Shown piece by piece: positions 42,743 through 51,819 of a stretch of 64,000 nucleotides of DNA (the first letter of the stretch is position 1; every line of letters starts with the position of its first letter). The translations under genes and the position numbers were made by a program. The DNA lies in contig CP092821.1 in the NCBI GenBank assembly GCA_022530585.1, positions 457,525 to 521,524 of the forward strand, given 5' to 3'. This DNA comes from Candidatus Nealsonbacteria bacterium DGGOD1a. Its GTDB lineage: Bacteria > Patescibacteriota > Minisyncoccia > Minisyncoccales > UBA5738. The notes beneath the pieces were generated by a model, which was not told the DNA's origin, ran no database searches, and worked only from the letters and a program-made list of their open reading frames with translations.

Positions 42743-43558
42743 ATGAAACCGGCAGGGAAGTCGATTAAAAGCTTATTTTTCGGGAAAAACGGCAATACAA
42801 TGATCGCGTTTTTGGGTTTGCTTTCTATCGCGTTGATTTTGGCCGCAATCTCGTTCGGGTCGCGGGCCGATTGGAGCGATTTCAAAAAATTTATGCCGCG
42901 GCCGAGCGATTTGGCAACTTCGCCGTTGGCGCGGGATTTGCCGCGGGAAAATAAAAATCCGGAGGAACCGGCGGAATCGGCCGAAAACCGGCCGGCGGCG
43001 GATGAAGCGGATAAAGCGAATGTATCGGAAACAATCGGCCCGGAAGCCGCGGTCGCGGTTGAGACCGAACCGGAATTGAAGCCGGTGGTTGAAGCGCCGA
43101 CGGTTCCGGCGACCGCGCCGGACGCGGCAAGAGCCGATATGGTGATCATTCCAAAGATCGGCGTGAACGCACCGGTAATCACGCCGCGGACGAAAGACGC
43201 GGCTCAATTGAAAAAACTTCTTGATTCCGGCGCGGTGATCTATCCGGATTCGCCAGTTTTCGGCGCCGCCGGGCAAACGATCGTATTGGGACACAGCGCG
43301 CCGCCGAACTGGCCGAAAATCAAACACGACACGATTTTTTCCCGCATCGCGGAATTGTCCGCGGGCGATAAGATTATCGTGGTCTACAATGACCGGACCT
43401 ATAATTACTCGGTATCGCAAGGCCAGATCATAGAAAAGGGCGGCGCTATCCCCGCGATGGTCTCCGACGGCAATTCTTTGGCTCTGGTAACTTGCTGGCC
43501 GCCCGGCCGCGACCTCAAACGAATGGTGGTGCAAGCCCAACTTGCCTCGGTGGAGTGA
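42743..43558 (+). CDS. Sortase-family transpeptidase (membrane-anchored)
   Basis: 271 aa. N-terminal TM (MIAFLGLLSIALILAAISF) and a Pro/Glu/Ala linker. Catalytic His (TIVLGHSAPP), Cys (LALVTCWPPG) and Arg (LKRMVVQAQL) occur in the canonical order and spacing. Confidence 0.8.
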   Translation: MKPAGKSIKSLFFGKNGNTMIAFLGLLSIALILAAISFGSRADWSDFKKFMPRPSDLATSPLARDLPRENKNPEEPAESAENRPAADEADKANVSETIGPEAAVAVETEPELKPVVEAPTVPATAPDAARADMVIIPKIGVNAPVITPRTKDAAQLKKLLDSGAVIYPDSPVFGAAGQTIVLGHSAPPNWPKIKHDTIFSRIAELSAGDKIIVVYNDRTYNYSVSQGQIIEKGGAIPAMVSDGNSLALVTCWPPGRDLKRMVVQAQLASVE

Positions 43559-43613
43559 ATTTGGAAATTTGACATTGGCGATAATGATTTGATAAAATTC
43601 AATTATCGAAGAT

Positions 43614-44102
43614 ATGGCAAACAATAATATCCAAAATAATCAAAATATCAGCAATAAAGAATTGCTCGATTTTTTGATAAAAAAGTTTGACGGCATCGAT
43701 CAAAAGTTTGTCGCAATCGATCACAAGTTTGACGCAATCGATCAAAAGTTTCTTGGCATCGATAAAAGGTTTGACGCAATCGATCAAAAGTTTGTCGCAA
43801 TCGATCAAAAGTTTCTTGGCATCGATAAACAATTTGATGTTTTTAAAAATGAATATGTCGCGGATTATAAGGGTTTGGCGGATTTAATGATGAATCAATT
43901 TGAAAAGTTTTACGAAAAGCTTGACCAGAAAGCCGATAAATCGGATATTGACGCAGTTTTGACGCGGATCACGCAATTAAGCGACAAGGTTGACGATTAT
44001 CGCGCCGATCAGATTGGTTTGAAGCGCCAAGTTGACAAACACGAAAAATGGCATCGCCAAACCGCAACCAAAATCGGATTGAAATTAATTCCCGAAGCGT
44101 AA
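43614..44102 (+). CDS. Small coiled-coil protein, paralog of 29892..30275 (conserved C-terminal DDYRADQIGLKRQVDKHEKWH)
   Basis: 162 aa. Seven 7-aa repeats (IDQKFVA/IDHKFDA/IDQKFLG/IDKRFDA...). The C-terminal block is near-identical at DNA level to 30166-30230. Confidence 0.6.
   Translation: MANNNIQNNQNISNKELLDFLIKKFDGIDQKFVAIDHKFDAIDQKFLGIDKRFDAIDQKFVAIDQKFLGIDKQFDVFKNEYVADYKGLADLMMNQFEKFYEKLDQKADKSDIDAVLTRITQLSDKVDDYRADQIGLKRQVDKHEKWHRQTATKIGLKLIPEA
43683..43839. repeat. 21-bp tandem repeat (~7.5 units) inside the coiled-coil gene
   Basis: The unit is atcgatcaaaagtttgtcgca. A 63-bp higher-order periodicity is visible. Confidence 0.85.
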
Positions 44103-44181
44103 CGCCGAGGGATTTTTTATTGAAAATTCGCGCGGATTTTGTACATATCGGGTTATCCACATACGCGGCGTTGCGGGACTA

Positions 44182-44210
44182 TTGACACAGGTTTAATCTT
44201 TTGCTAATCT
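44182..44210 (+). promoter_or_regulatory. Possible rRNA promoter
   Basis: TTGACA (44182-44187), a 17-nt spacer, TAATCT (44205-44210), ~320 nt upstream of the 23S. The -10 is weak. Confidence 0.3.
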
Positions 44211-44529
44211 CTCATTGTTGGATTAAATAATGTTAACGATATACATACTCAAAAACACACTAAGAAGCTAAATTTTCCGCGGATTTAATTCTTGTGGAAA
44301 ATCGCTTCCCAAAGCGGTTTTTTTGTTGGCTGATTTCAGAGGGGCCAGAACTTCTAAAATTAAATAGTTAGTTATTTGCCAAATGGAACTTACATCGAGT
44401 CCATTGGCAATTCCAAAGTCTTTTTGAAACAATTAGTCTTCAAGGATTTTCGCGGAATAGACAATGCCATTAGTGGTAATGGTAATTTTATCCACCGCCA
44501 AAGTCCGTCAAAAATTGAAGTTATTAATT

Positions 44530-47500
44530 GCTAGCCAAGGTAAGTAAAATTATAGGCACATGGTGGATGCCTTGGGACTGGGAGGCGATGAAGGACGCAG
44601 CCTGTCTGCGATAATCCCGGGGGAGGTGACAAGCAACCTTTGAACCCGGGGTCTCCGAATGGGGAAACCCTTTCCGGCGTTGAACCGGAAAATCCCATAG
44701 CGCAAGCTAGGGAAGCGAACCTGCGGAAGGGAAACATCTCAGTACGCAGAGGAAAAGAAAAAAATCCTCGCTTCGGCGAGGGACATTCTCTTAGTAGCGG
44801 CGAGCGAAAAGAGAAGAGCTCAAACCAGTTTGTATTTCGCTTATGTTCATCAAAATTGGTGGATATAAGTGAAATACAGGCTGGGGTTATAAGGTAAGGA
44901 TAATCCCGAGCGTAAGCGAGGGACAAAGCGCATCAATATGCAATTTGGTTAACCCAACTACCCTGGAAAGGGAGGCCATAGCGGGTAATAGCCCCGTAAG
45001 TGAAAATCATTGCAAGCTTTGAATCTTTATTCTTGAGTACCGCGGGAAACGAAAGTCCTGCGGGAATTCGGCTGGACTATACAGCCAAAGCTAAATACTA
45101 CCCAGTCACCGATAGTGCACAAGTACCGTGAGGGAAAGGTTAAAAGTAGGGGGGTGACCCCGGTGAAATAGATCCTGAAACCATGATGCTTACAAAGACT
45201 CGGAGTGCTGAGGCGCAAGCCGAAGTATGACGGGGTGCTTTTTGTAGAACGAGCCAACGAGTTTAATTTATCAGTTAGTCTAAGCGTCTCTGACGCGAAG
45301 GCATAGGGAAACCAAGTCTTAATAGGGCGCAATCCCGAGCGTAAGCGAGGGAGTACTGATGGGTTAAGACCCGAAGCCAAGGCGAGCTTGCCATGACCAG
45401 GTTGAATCCCGCCGAAAGGCGGGAGGAGGACCGAACCGGTTGACTGTGCAAAATCTTCGGATGAGTCGTGGTAAGAAGTGAAAAGCTAATCGAGCTTGGT
45501 AATAGCTGGTTCTCTCCGATATAACTTTAGGGTTAGCGTCCTGCGCTAATGGTTTTGGAGGTAGAGCACTGAAAGAAATTCCGTGGCGAAAGTCAGGTAT
45601 TTCTATCAAACTCCGAATGCCGGAACCATTGCAGGGCAGTAAGACTACGGGCGCTAAGGTCCGTGGTCGTAAGGGGGAAAGCCCATGACCTCAGTCTAAG
45701 GTCCCCAAATCAGGCTAAGTGCAAAACAAGGAAGTGAGATTCCTCTGATAGCTAGGAGGTTAGCTCAGAAGCAGCTATCCTTTAAAAAGTGCGTAACAGC
45801 TTACTAGCTAAGGAGTTTTGCGCCGTAGATTAACGGGGCTCAAGCCTGATACCGAAGACGAGGGTGTCCCGCATTTTTGCGGGGCGCGGTAGGAGAGCGT
45901 TCCCATTGCAGTGAAGCGGAACCGTGAGGTTTCGTGGAGCGTTGGGAAGTGAGAATGTTGGCATGAGTAACCACAATGCATGTGAGATCCATGCACACCG
46001 AAAACCCAAGGGTTCCGTGACAATGGTGATCAGTCACGGGTTAGGCGGTCCTAAGGCACAGCCGAGAGGCGCAGCTGATGGACATCTGGTTAATATTCCA
46101 GTCCTTCCGTTTCTTGCTGAGAAAGTGACGAAGTTTAGTACTCTGGGCGGGTTATTGGATTCCCGTTGCCAATTTGATTGTTCCGGGCGCAAGCTCGGGA
46201 TGAAAGAATTGTCGAGATGTTTCCCGCAAGGGAGATAGATTCAGACGAGCAAGCTTCCCAGAAAAACCTTTCAAGGGCTATCAAGAAAGGGAAACCGTAC
46301 CGTAAACCGACACAGGTGGGTTGGCGTCAAATTGCCAAGGTGAACGAGTGAAAGTTCGTGAAGGAACTAGGCAAACAAGTATGCGTACCTTAGGTATATG
46401 CATTCCCTTCATAGCAATATGGAGGGCGCAGCGAAGGATTCTCAGGCGGCTGTTTACCAAAAACACAGGTCCCTGCTAAACTCGTAAGAGGAAATATAGG
46501 GGCTGAGACCTGACCAGTGCCCGTGTGTTAAAGCTGAGGGTGGATTTGATCGCAAGATTGGATTTGCTCATCGGTCTAAGCTACGGGTGAACGTCCGCGG
46601 TAACTCTGACCGTGTTAAAGTAGCGTAGTCCCTTGTCGCGTAAGTTGCGACCCGCATGAAAGGTATAACGATCTGAGAACTGTCTCCACGAATTACTCGG
46701 TGAAAATGTAATGGAAGTGAAGATACTTCCTACCTGCGACTAGACGGAAAGACCCCGGAAGCTTTACTGTAGGGTGATATTGAGTTTTGAATTTTGATGC
46801 GTAGAATAGTGGTGAGGATTTGAGGTCTCGTTTTCGGACGGGGCTGATCCGACAGTGAAATAGCCATCTTTAAAGTTCATTATTCTAATTTGAAAAATGA
46901 CAGTGTCACTTGGGCAGTTTAAGTGGGGCGCTTGCCTCCTAAAATGTAACGGAGGCGTTTAAAGGTCAGCTAAGCACGGATGGAAATCGTGCATGTTGCG
47001 TAAAGGCATAAGCTGGCTTAACTGCAAGACGGATGTGTCGCGCAGATGCGAAAGCAGAACTTAGTGAACCGATGCTGGTTATTAGAATCGGCAGAGATTA
47101 TCAAACAAAAGTTACTCCGGGGATAACAGGCTAGTACGACCCACGAGTCCATATCAACGGTCGTGTTCGGCACCTCGATGTCGGCTCATCATAGCGCGGG
47201 GGTGGAGAAGCTCCCAAGCGTCCGGCTGTTCGCCGGTTAAAATGGTACGTGAGCTGGGTTCAGACCGTCGCGAGACAGGTCGGTCCCTATCTATCGCAGG
47301 CGTTTGAGTTTTGAGGAGAGTCGACCCTAGTACGAGAGGACCGGGTTGAACTGACCTCTGGTGTGCCAGTTGTTCCGCCAGGAGCATTGCTGGGTAGCTA
47401 AGTCGGGAACGGATAAGAGCTGAAAGCATCTAAGCTCGAAGCCTCCTCCAAGATTATAACTCTTAGTTTCCTCCAAGAACAGGAGGTTGATAGGCTGCAG

Positions 47501-47566
47501 GTGTAAGCGCGGCAACGCGTTCAGCCAAGCAGTACTAATAAACGATCAAAATTGCCTTGGTTAGCA
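44530..47566 (+). rRNA. rrl: 23S ribosomal RNA (~3.04 kb; boundaries +/-10 nt)
   Basis: 5' ggtggatgccttgggactgggaggcgatgaaggacg. GTPase centre. PTC region ggataacaggct...ggcacctcgatgtcggctcatc...gagctgggttcagaccgtcg. The ends pair (taattgctagccaagg with ccttggttagcaatta). Confidence 0.95.
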
Positions 47567-47651
47567 ATTAATGACCTTAATTTAATTGCAAAAAGATTGG
47601 AATTGGAATAAAATAACTAACACAACAAAACAATACGCGATTGCGCGCATT

Positions 47652-47760
47652 GTAAGGAAGCTATACCGATGGTGCTCCACCTGTTCCCATGCCGACCACA
47701 GAAGTGAAATCCATCAGGGCCGATGATAGTCCGATCGGGCGAAAGTAGGTAGCTTTCTTA
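47652..47760 (+). rRNA. rrf: 5S ribosomal RNA
   Basis: ccacctgttcccatgccgaccacagaagtgaaat...ccgatgatagt...gaaagtaggt matches the 5S core. Helix I taaggaagct/agctttctta is extended by gcgcgcattg/caatgcgcgc as a processing stem. Confidence 0.85.
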
Positions 47761-47855
47761 CAATGCGCGCAATTTTTTGTTACAAATATGTATTTTTTGC
47801 TATCGCAAAATTTGCATAATCATGATATTTTAAATTGCGAAATGCTTTGTATTTT

Positions 47856-47892
47856 GGGTCTATCTCTTGCGTAATCGCAAGGGTTAGACCCC
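47856..47892. repeat. Hairpin with 'gcgtaatcgc' loop (family of 15916-15953)
   Basis: gggtctatctcttgcgtaatcgcaagggttagacccc, within outer arms aaattgcgaaatgctttg / gtttcgtaatccaaag. Confidence 0.65.
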
Positions 47893-47954
47893 TTTAAAGC
47901 ATTTGAATTTAACGGTTTCGTAATCCAAAGTAATCAATCTTTTGCTTCCCAAAC

Positions 47955-47991
47955 AAAAAACCGCATCTGATTCAACCAGCGCGGTTTTTTT
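47955..47991. terminator. Bidirectional intrinsic terminator
   Basis: aaaaaaccgc-atctgattcaaccag-gcggttttttt. Lies just downstream of the minus-strand acidic ORF. Confidence 0.5.
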
Positions 47992-47996
47992 GGGTT

Positions 47997-48161
47997 TTAG
48001 AAGTCGCCGTCGGCTTCATCTTCGCGATCGTCGCCGGTATCGTCGTCGTCGATCAAAGTCGAATCGTCATCGTCGTCGGATAAATCCTCGTCAACGATGT
48101 TGTCGTCGTAATTTTCCAATTCTTGCGAAGCGATCGCGGTTTGTATTGTGTCGTCTATCAT
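47997..48161 (-). CDS. Small, extremely acidic hypothetical protein (54 aa)
   Basis: Hand-translated MIDDTIQTAIASQELENYDDNIVDEDLSDDDDDSTLIDDDDTGDDREDEADGDF. An aaagga RBS lies ~8 nt upstream and a terminator downstream. Below the ORF-track cutoff. Confidence 0.35.
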   Translation of the reverse strand: MIDDTIQTAIASQELENYDDNIVDEDLSDDDDDSTLIDDDDTGDDREDEADGDF

Positions 48162-48282
48162 TAAAGTTCCTTTTAAATAATAAAAGATATTTTAAAAAAT
48201 ATCTCGACCTTTGGCTATGATTGCTGGATTTCTGGGATTAAAAACCTTGGCGGATTTTCTTTGTTTCGGCGATTCCGAAACC

Positions 48283-48396
48283 ATGAAAATGTTATCACAT
48301 TTTCTTTAGCCGAGGCAGTCTGAGGCGGATGAAAATGTTATCACATTTTCTTTAGCCGAGGCAGTCTGAGGCGGATGAAAATGTTATCACATTTTC
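48283..48396. repeat. 46-bp tandem repeat (2.5 units), each carrying the palindrome gaaaatgttatcacattttc, upstream of mreC
   Basis: Units 48283-48328 and 48329-48374 are identical; a partial unit spans 48375-48396. The unit is atgaaaatgttatcacattttctttagccgaggcagtctgaggcgg. Confidence 0.9.
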
Positions 48397-48533
48397 ATAT
48401 ATTAGTTATCTGCAAATTTTTGTCAATAGGCGAACTCGCGAGTTATCCACAATGCTTGACATTGTCCGCGCGGCGGTGCGAAATTTTTGCGCGGGGGTGG
48501 AAAATTCTTGAGTATTTGATATATAATTGTTAT

Positions 48534-49388
48534 ATGAAAATATCTGCTTCGCGGGGATTGGCGGCGGCAATTACGATCGCGGCGGTCGCGGCCGTAATTG
48601 CCATAATGAATGTTCCGATAATTAATTCGGCGGTTAAAAACACGGCTTATTTTATCGTCAAACCTTTGCAAAGCGGCGCTTGGGTCGCGGGCGCGCGGGT
48701 CTACGGATTTTTTGAGCCGCTTTCCAGAGCGGGCGCGCTGGCCGATGAAAACGCGCGTTTGCGCCGGGACACGGTTGATTTGTCGGCAAAGAACGCGCGG
48801 ATCGGCGAATTGGAAAACGAGAACGCCATGCTTAGAGAAGGTTTGAATTTGGAATTGAACAAAGACTTCGATTTGAAACTGGCCCGTATCGTGGGCAAAA
48901 ACATCGCGCAGGATGTTTTGATAATCGATAAAGGCGCCAAAGATATGGTGCTGGCGGGGATGCCGGTGATAACCGGGCAAAAAGCGCTGGTTGGCAAGAT
49001 ATCGAAAGTGTACGATGATTTTTCCGAGGTAACTTTGGTTACGAACAAGAGTTTTTCTTTTGATGTAAAGATCGGATCGGAAGGAATCGACGGTCTCGTA
49101 AGGGGCAAGGGCGGATTCTCGGCCTATGTCGATCTGGTGTCCAAGGGCAAGGAATTAAAAAATGATATGCCGGTTGTCACCAGCGCGTTGGGCGGGATTT
49201 TTCCGGCCGGATTGGTTGTGGGGAGCATAAAAGAGATCGACAAAAACGATATAGAAACTTTTCAATCCGCCGAATTGTCGCTGGCTTTCGATATTAACGG
49301 AGATATCGATGTTTTTGCGGCCAGCGGAAAATATCCGGCCGGTTTTCAAAACGGAACCGCGGCGGTTGAAAACCAAACCAAGAAATGA
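48534..49388 (+). CDS. mreC: Rod shape-determining protein MreC
   Basis: Start at MKISASRGLAAAITIAAVAAVIAI (TM). Coiled coil ENARLRRDTVDLSAKNARIGELENENAMLRE. Beta-barrel motifs GMPVITGQKALVGKISKV and VVTSALGGIFPAGLVVG. The ORF-track 5' extension is repeat-derived. Confidence 0.85.
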   Translation: MKISASRGLAAAITIAAVAAVIAIMNVPIINSAVKNTAYFIVKPLQSGAWVAGARVYGFFEPLSRAGALADENARLRRDTVDLSAKNARIGELENENAMLREGLNLELNKDFDLKLARIVGKNIAQDVLIIDKGAKDMVLAGMPVITGQKALVGKISKVYDDFSEVTLVTNKSFSFDVKIGSEGIDGLVRGKGGFSAYVDLVSKGKELKNDMPVVTSALGGIFPAGLVVGSIKEIDKNDIETFQSAELSLAFDINGDIDVFAASGKYPAGFQNGTAAVENQTKK

Positions 49389-49702
49389 GAAAAAGACAGA
49401 TTGCCGTAATCGCGGTTTTAGGAGTTTTAGCTGTCGCGCAGGCGAGTTTTGCTCCGCATTTTGAACTGTTCTCGTCAGGATGGTTTGAGTGGGTGAATTT
49501 CGTGAACATCGCCGTGGTTGTTACCGCGCTTTTCGAGCGCCGCCGCAACAAGTTCGGCTGGCTGGCCGCTTTTTGCGGGGGATTTTTTCTTGATTTGTAT
49601 TCGGGCAGATTCTTCGGCTTTTGGATGATTTTTATTTTGGCGTTGGTGGCATTGATAAAATTTGTGGTTAAAAAATATGTTCGGATTCCTTCATATTGGT
49701 AA
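49385..49702 (+). CDS. mreD: Rod shape-determining protein MreD (small multi-TM)
   Basis: 105 aa with four hydrophobic segments. Overlaps the mreC stop by 4 nt and precedes PBP2. Confidence 0.6.
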   Translation: MRKRQIAVIAVLGVLAVAQASFAPHFELFSSGWFEWVNFVNIAVVVTALFERRRNKFGWLAAFCGGFFLDLYSGRFFGFWMIFILALVALIKFVVKKYVRIPSYW

Positions 49703-51761
49703 AAAAAACGGTAAAATTTTTTTTGACCGGCGCGAAGATATCGAGCCGCACGAGATATTTTATGATTATCTGGCCAAGAAGCACGAAGAAACGGCCGATA
49801 TCGGCGAAAAAAAATTTGAAATATCTTTGCCCCGGAAATCTTTGCGATTGCCGCTGATACTGGCCGCGGTTCTTTTCGCGTTGGCGCTGGGCCGCGTGGT
49901 GGAATTGCAGGTTGTCGAAGGCGCCGAGTTTCAAGCTCAAGCCGCGCAGAACAAGTATCTTTTTTATAAAGTGCAATCCGATCGAGGAATCATTTATGAC
50001 AGCGATTTTAATCCCCTGGTGGAAAATTTATCAACATTCGACTTGCAATGTATTGACGAAAAAATGCCCGCCGGCCCGGAGAAAAAAGCGTTGATTTCCG
50101 GTTTGGCGGCGGTTGCGGAAATTGACGCAGGGCAGATCGAAAACGCGATTGCCGGCGCCAAGATTCCCACCGTGGAGAATTTGGGGCATCAAGCGCTGAT
50201 CGTTCTTGAAGCGCGGATTGCCGATTTTCCGGGATGCTCCATTGTTCGGCGGCCCATTCGCGGTTATGTCAAAGACATTGGTTTGTCGCATTTGCTTGGA
50301 TATATGGGAAAGATCGAACCCGACGAATGGAAAGCGGCAACGAACATTTATTCGATCAATGATTATATCGGCCGTTCCGGACTGGAAAGCTCTTATGAGA
50401 GTGTTTTGCGCAAAGATCCGGGCAAGCTCCGAATCGAGCGCGACGCGAAGGGAAACATTATCTCCCGCGATGTGGCCGAAACTCCGGAATCCGGCGACAG
50501 TATCCAATTGTGGCTCGATTATGATTTGCAAAAGAAACTATACGATTCAATGAAGCGGCAGTTGGAAAATTTGGGATTGAAAAAGGGCGCGGCCGTGGCT
50601 TTGAATCCGCAAACCGGCGGAGTGCTGGCAATGGTATCTTTTCCCGATTACGACAACAATATTTTCGCGGCCGGCGGTTTGCAGGATGTGAAAAGCTTGT
50701 TTGAAGACAAAACCGATCCGTTGTTCAACCGCGTGATTTCCGGGAAATATCTGACCGGTTCAACCATCAAGCCGCTGGAAGCCGCGGCGGCGTTGCAGGA
50801 GAAAATCATCGCGCCGGATAAAAATATAAATTGCCAAGGCGGGCTTAAAATACAAGACGCGTACAATCCGGAAAAAATATGGTTCATTCCCGACAACCAT
50901 ACCCACGGTTTGACCAATATGTACAAAGCGATTGCTGAATCGTGCAATGCTTATTTCCAGACCATTGGCGGCGGTTACGAAAATCAGCAGGGATTGGGGC
51001 CCACGCGCATCAAAGAATATCTTGATTTGTTCGGCTGGGAGGCCCTTACCAATATCGACTTGCCCGGCGAAGTCGCCGGATTCGTTCCCGATCCGGCCTG
51101 GAAAAAGCAAAAATTCGCGGGAACGCAGGACCAAAGCTGGACCGATGGCGACACTTACAATCTGGCGATCGGCCAGGGATTCATCGGCATTACGCCCATT
51201 GAAGTGGCCAATGCTTACGCGGCCATCGCCAATGGCGGTACGCTTTATCAGCCCCAAATGGTGAAGACGGTTGTCGACAAGGACAGAGGCGTTGTCGAGG
51301 AAAAAAAACCGATCATATTAAAAGAGGGTTTTATCGACCCGCAAAATTTGCAGGTGATTCGCGAAGGTATGCGCCGCGGCGTTAACGGCGCCGGCGCGCC
51401 CTTGGCGTCGTCGCTGATCTTAAATTCATTGGGCGTTCCGATGGCCGCTAAAACGGGAACGGCCCAGCTGCGCAAAGCCAGTGACGGCAAGGACTTGATG
51501 AACAGCTGGGTGGGTGTTTTCGCGCCCTACGATGATCCTCAAATCGTTCTGCTGGTGATGATGGAAGAAGTTCACGAAGGCCAGCTGGCGGTTCTTCCAG
51601 TGGCAAAAGATGTTCTGGGATGGTATTTTGAGCCGAAAGACGAAAACGGCGTTCGAATATCGCAAACTGCGATTGCGACAACCACTGAAAATGCCGGCGC
51701 CGCCATCGGCGCGACATCATCCGCGCCCGCGATTGTACAGGAAGAATTGCAAGAAGAATAG
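49677..51761 (+). CDS. mrdA: Penicillin-binding protein 2 (elongasome transpeptidase)
   Basis: SxxK (GSTIKP), SxN (ESCN) and KTG (KTGTA) motifs. N-terminal anchor and pedestal domain. mreCD context. ATG 49677 is preferred over TTG 49662. Confidence 0.85.
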   Translation: MFGFLHIGKKNGKIFFDRREDIEPHEIFYDYLAKKHEETADIGEKKFEISLPRKSLRLPLILAAVLFALALGRVVELQVVEGAEFQAQAAQNKYLFYKVQSDRGIIYDSDFNPLVENLSTFDLQCIDEKMPAGPEKKALISGLAAVAEIDAGQIENAIAGAKIPTVENLGHQALIVLEARIADFPGCSIVRRPIRGYVKDIGLSHLLGYMGKIEPDEWKAATNIYSINDYIGRSGLESSYESVLRKDPGKLRIERDAKGNIISRDVAETPESGDSIQLWLDYDLQKKLYDSMKRQLENLGLKKGAAVALNPQTGGVLAMVSFPDYDNNIFAAGGLQDVKSLFEDKTDPLFNRVISGKYLTGSTIKPLEAAAALQEKIIAPDKNINCQGGLKIQDAYNPEKIWFIPDNHTHGLTNMYKAIAESCNAYFQTIGGGYENQQGLGPTRIKEYLDLFGWEALTNIDLPGEVAGFVPDPAWKKQKFAGTQDQSWTDGDTYNLAIGQGFIGITPIEVANAYAAIANGGTLYQPQMVKTVVDKDRGVVEEKKPIILKEGFIDPQNLQVIREGMRRGVNGAGAPLASSLILNSLGVPMAAKTGTAQLRKASDGKDLMNSWVGVFAPYDDPQIVLLVMMEEVHEGQLAVLPVAKDVLGWYFEPKDENGVRISQTAIATTTENAGAAIGATSSAPAIVQEELQEE

Positions 51762-51819
51762 CGTTATTTACAAACAATAAGCGGCTGTTATAAAATTAAA
51801 ATACAATAAATCAAGAGAC

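Noticed and set aside
42773-43624. 283-aa minus-strand ORF
   Set aside because: It is antisense to the sortase gene, whose catalytic His/Cys/Arg motifs support the plus strand. The product is Arg-rich with no motifs.
44103-44530. 16S rRNA or spacer tRNA upstream of the 23S
   Set aside because: The segment is AT-rich leader sequence with no 16S 3' end (no ...GGATCACCTCCTT) and no cloverleaf. Only a possible promoter and processing-stem complementarity were seen.
44530-47566. Group I/II intron or homing-endonuclease insertion in the 23S rRNA (common in CPR), and the ORFs called inside it (e.g. 45027..45380, 44531..44926)
   Set aside because: The conserved 23S blocks I could follow by eye are contiguous. 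The ~130 extra nt relative to a typical 2.9-kb 23S seem spread over short helix expansions. The internal ORFs are short, lie on both strands and sit within recognisable rRNA sequence.
48375-48533. N-terminal 53 codons of ORF 48375..49388 (mreC)
   Set aside because: They are encoded by the third copy of the 46-bp tandem repeat and the following spacer. A typical MreC N-terminal TM starts at ATG 48534.
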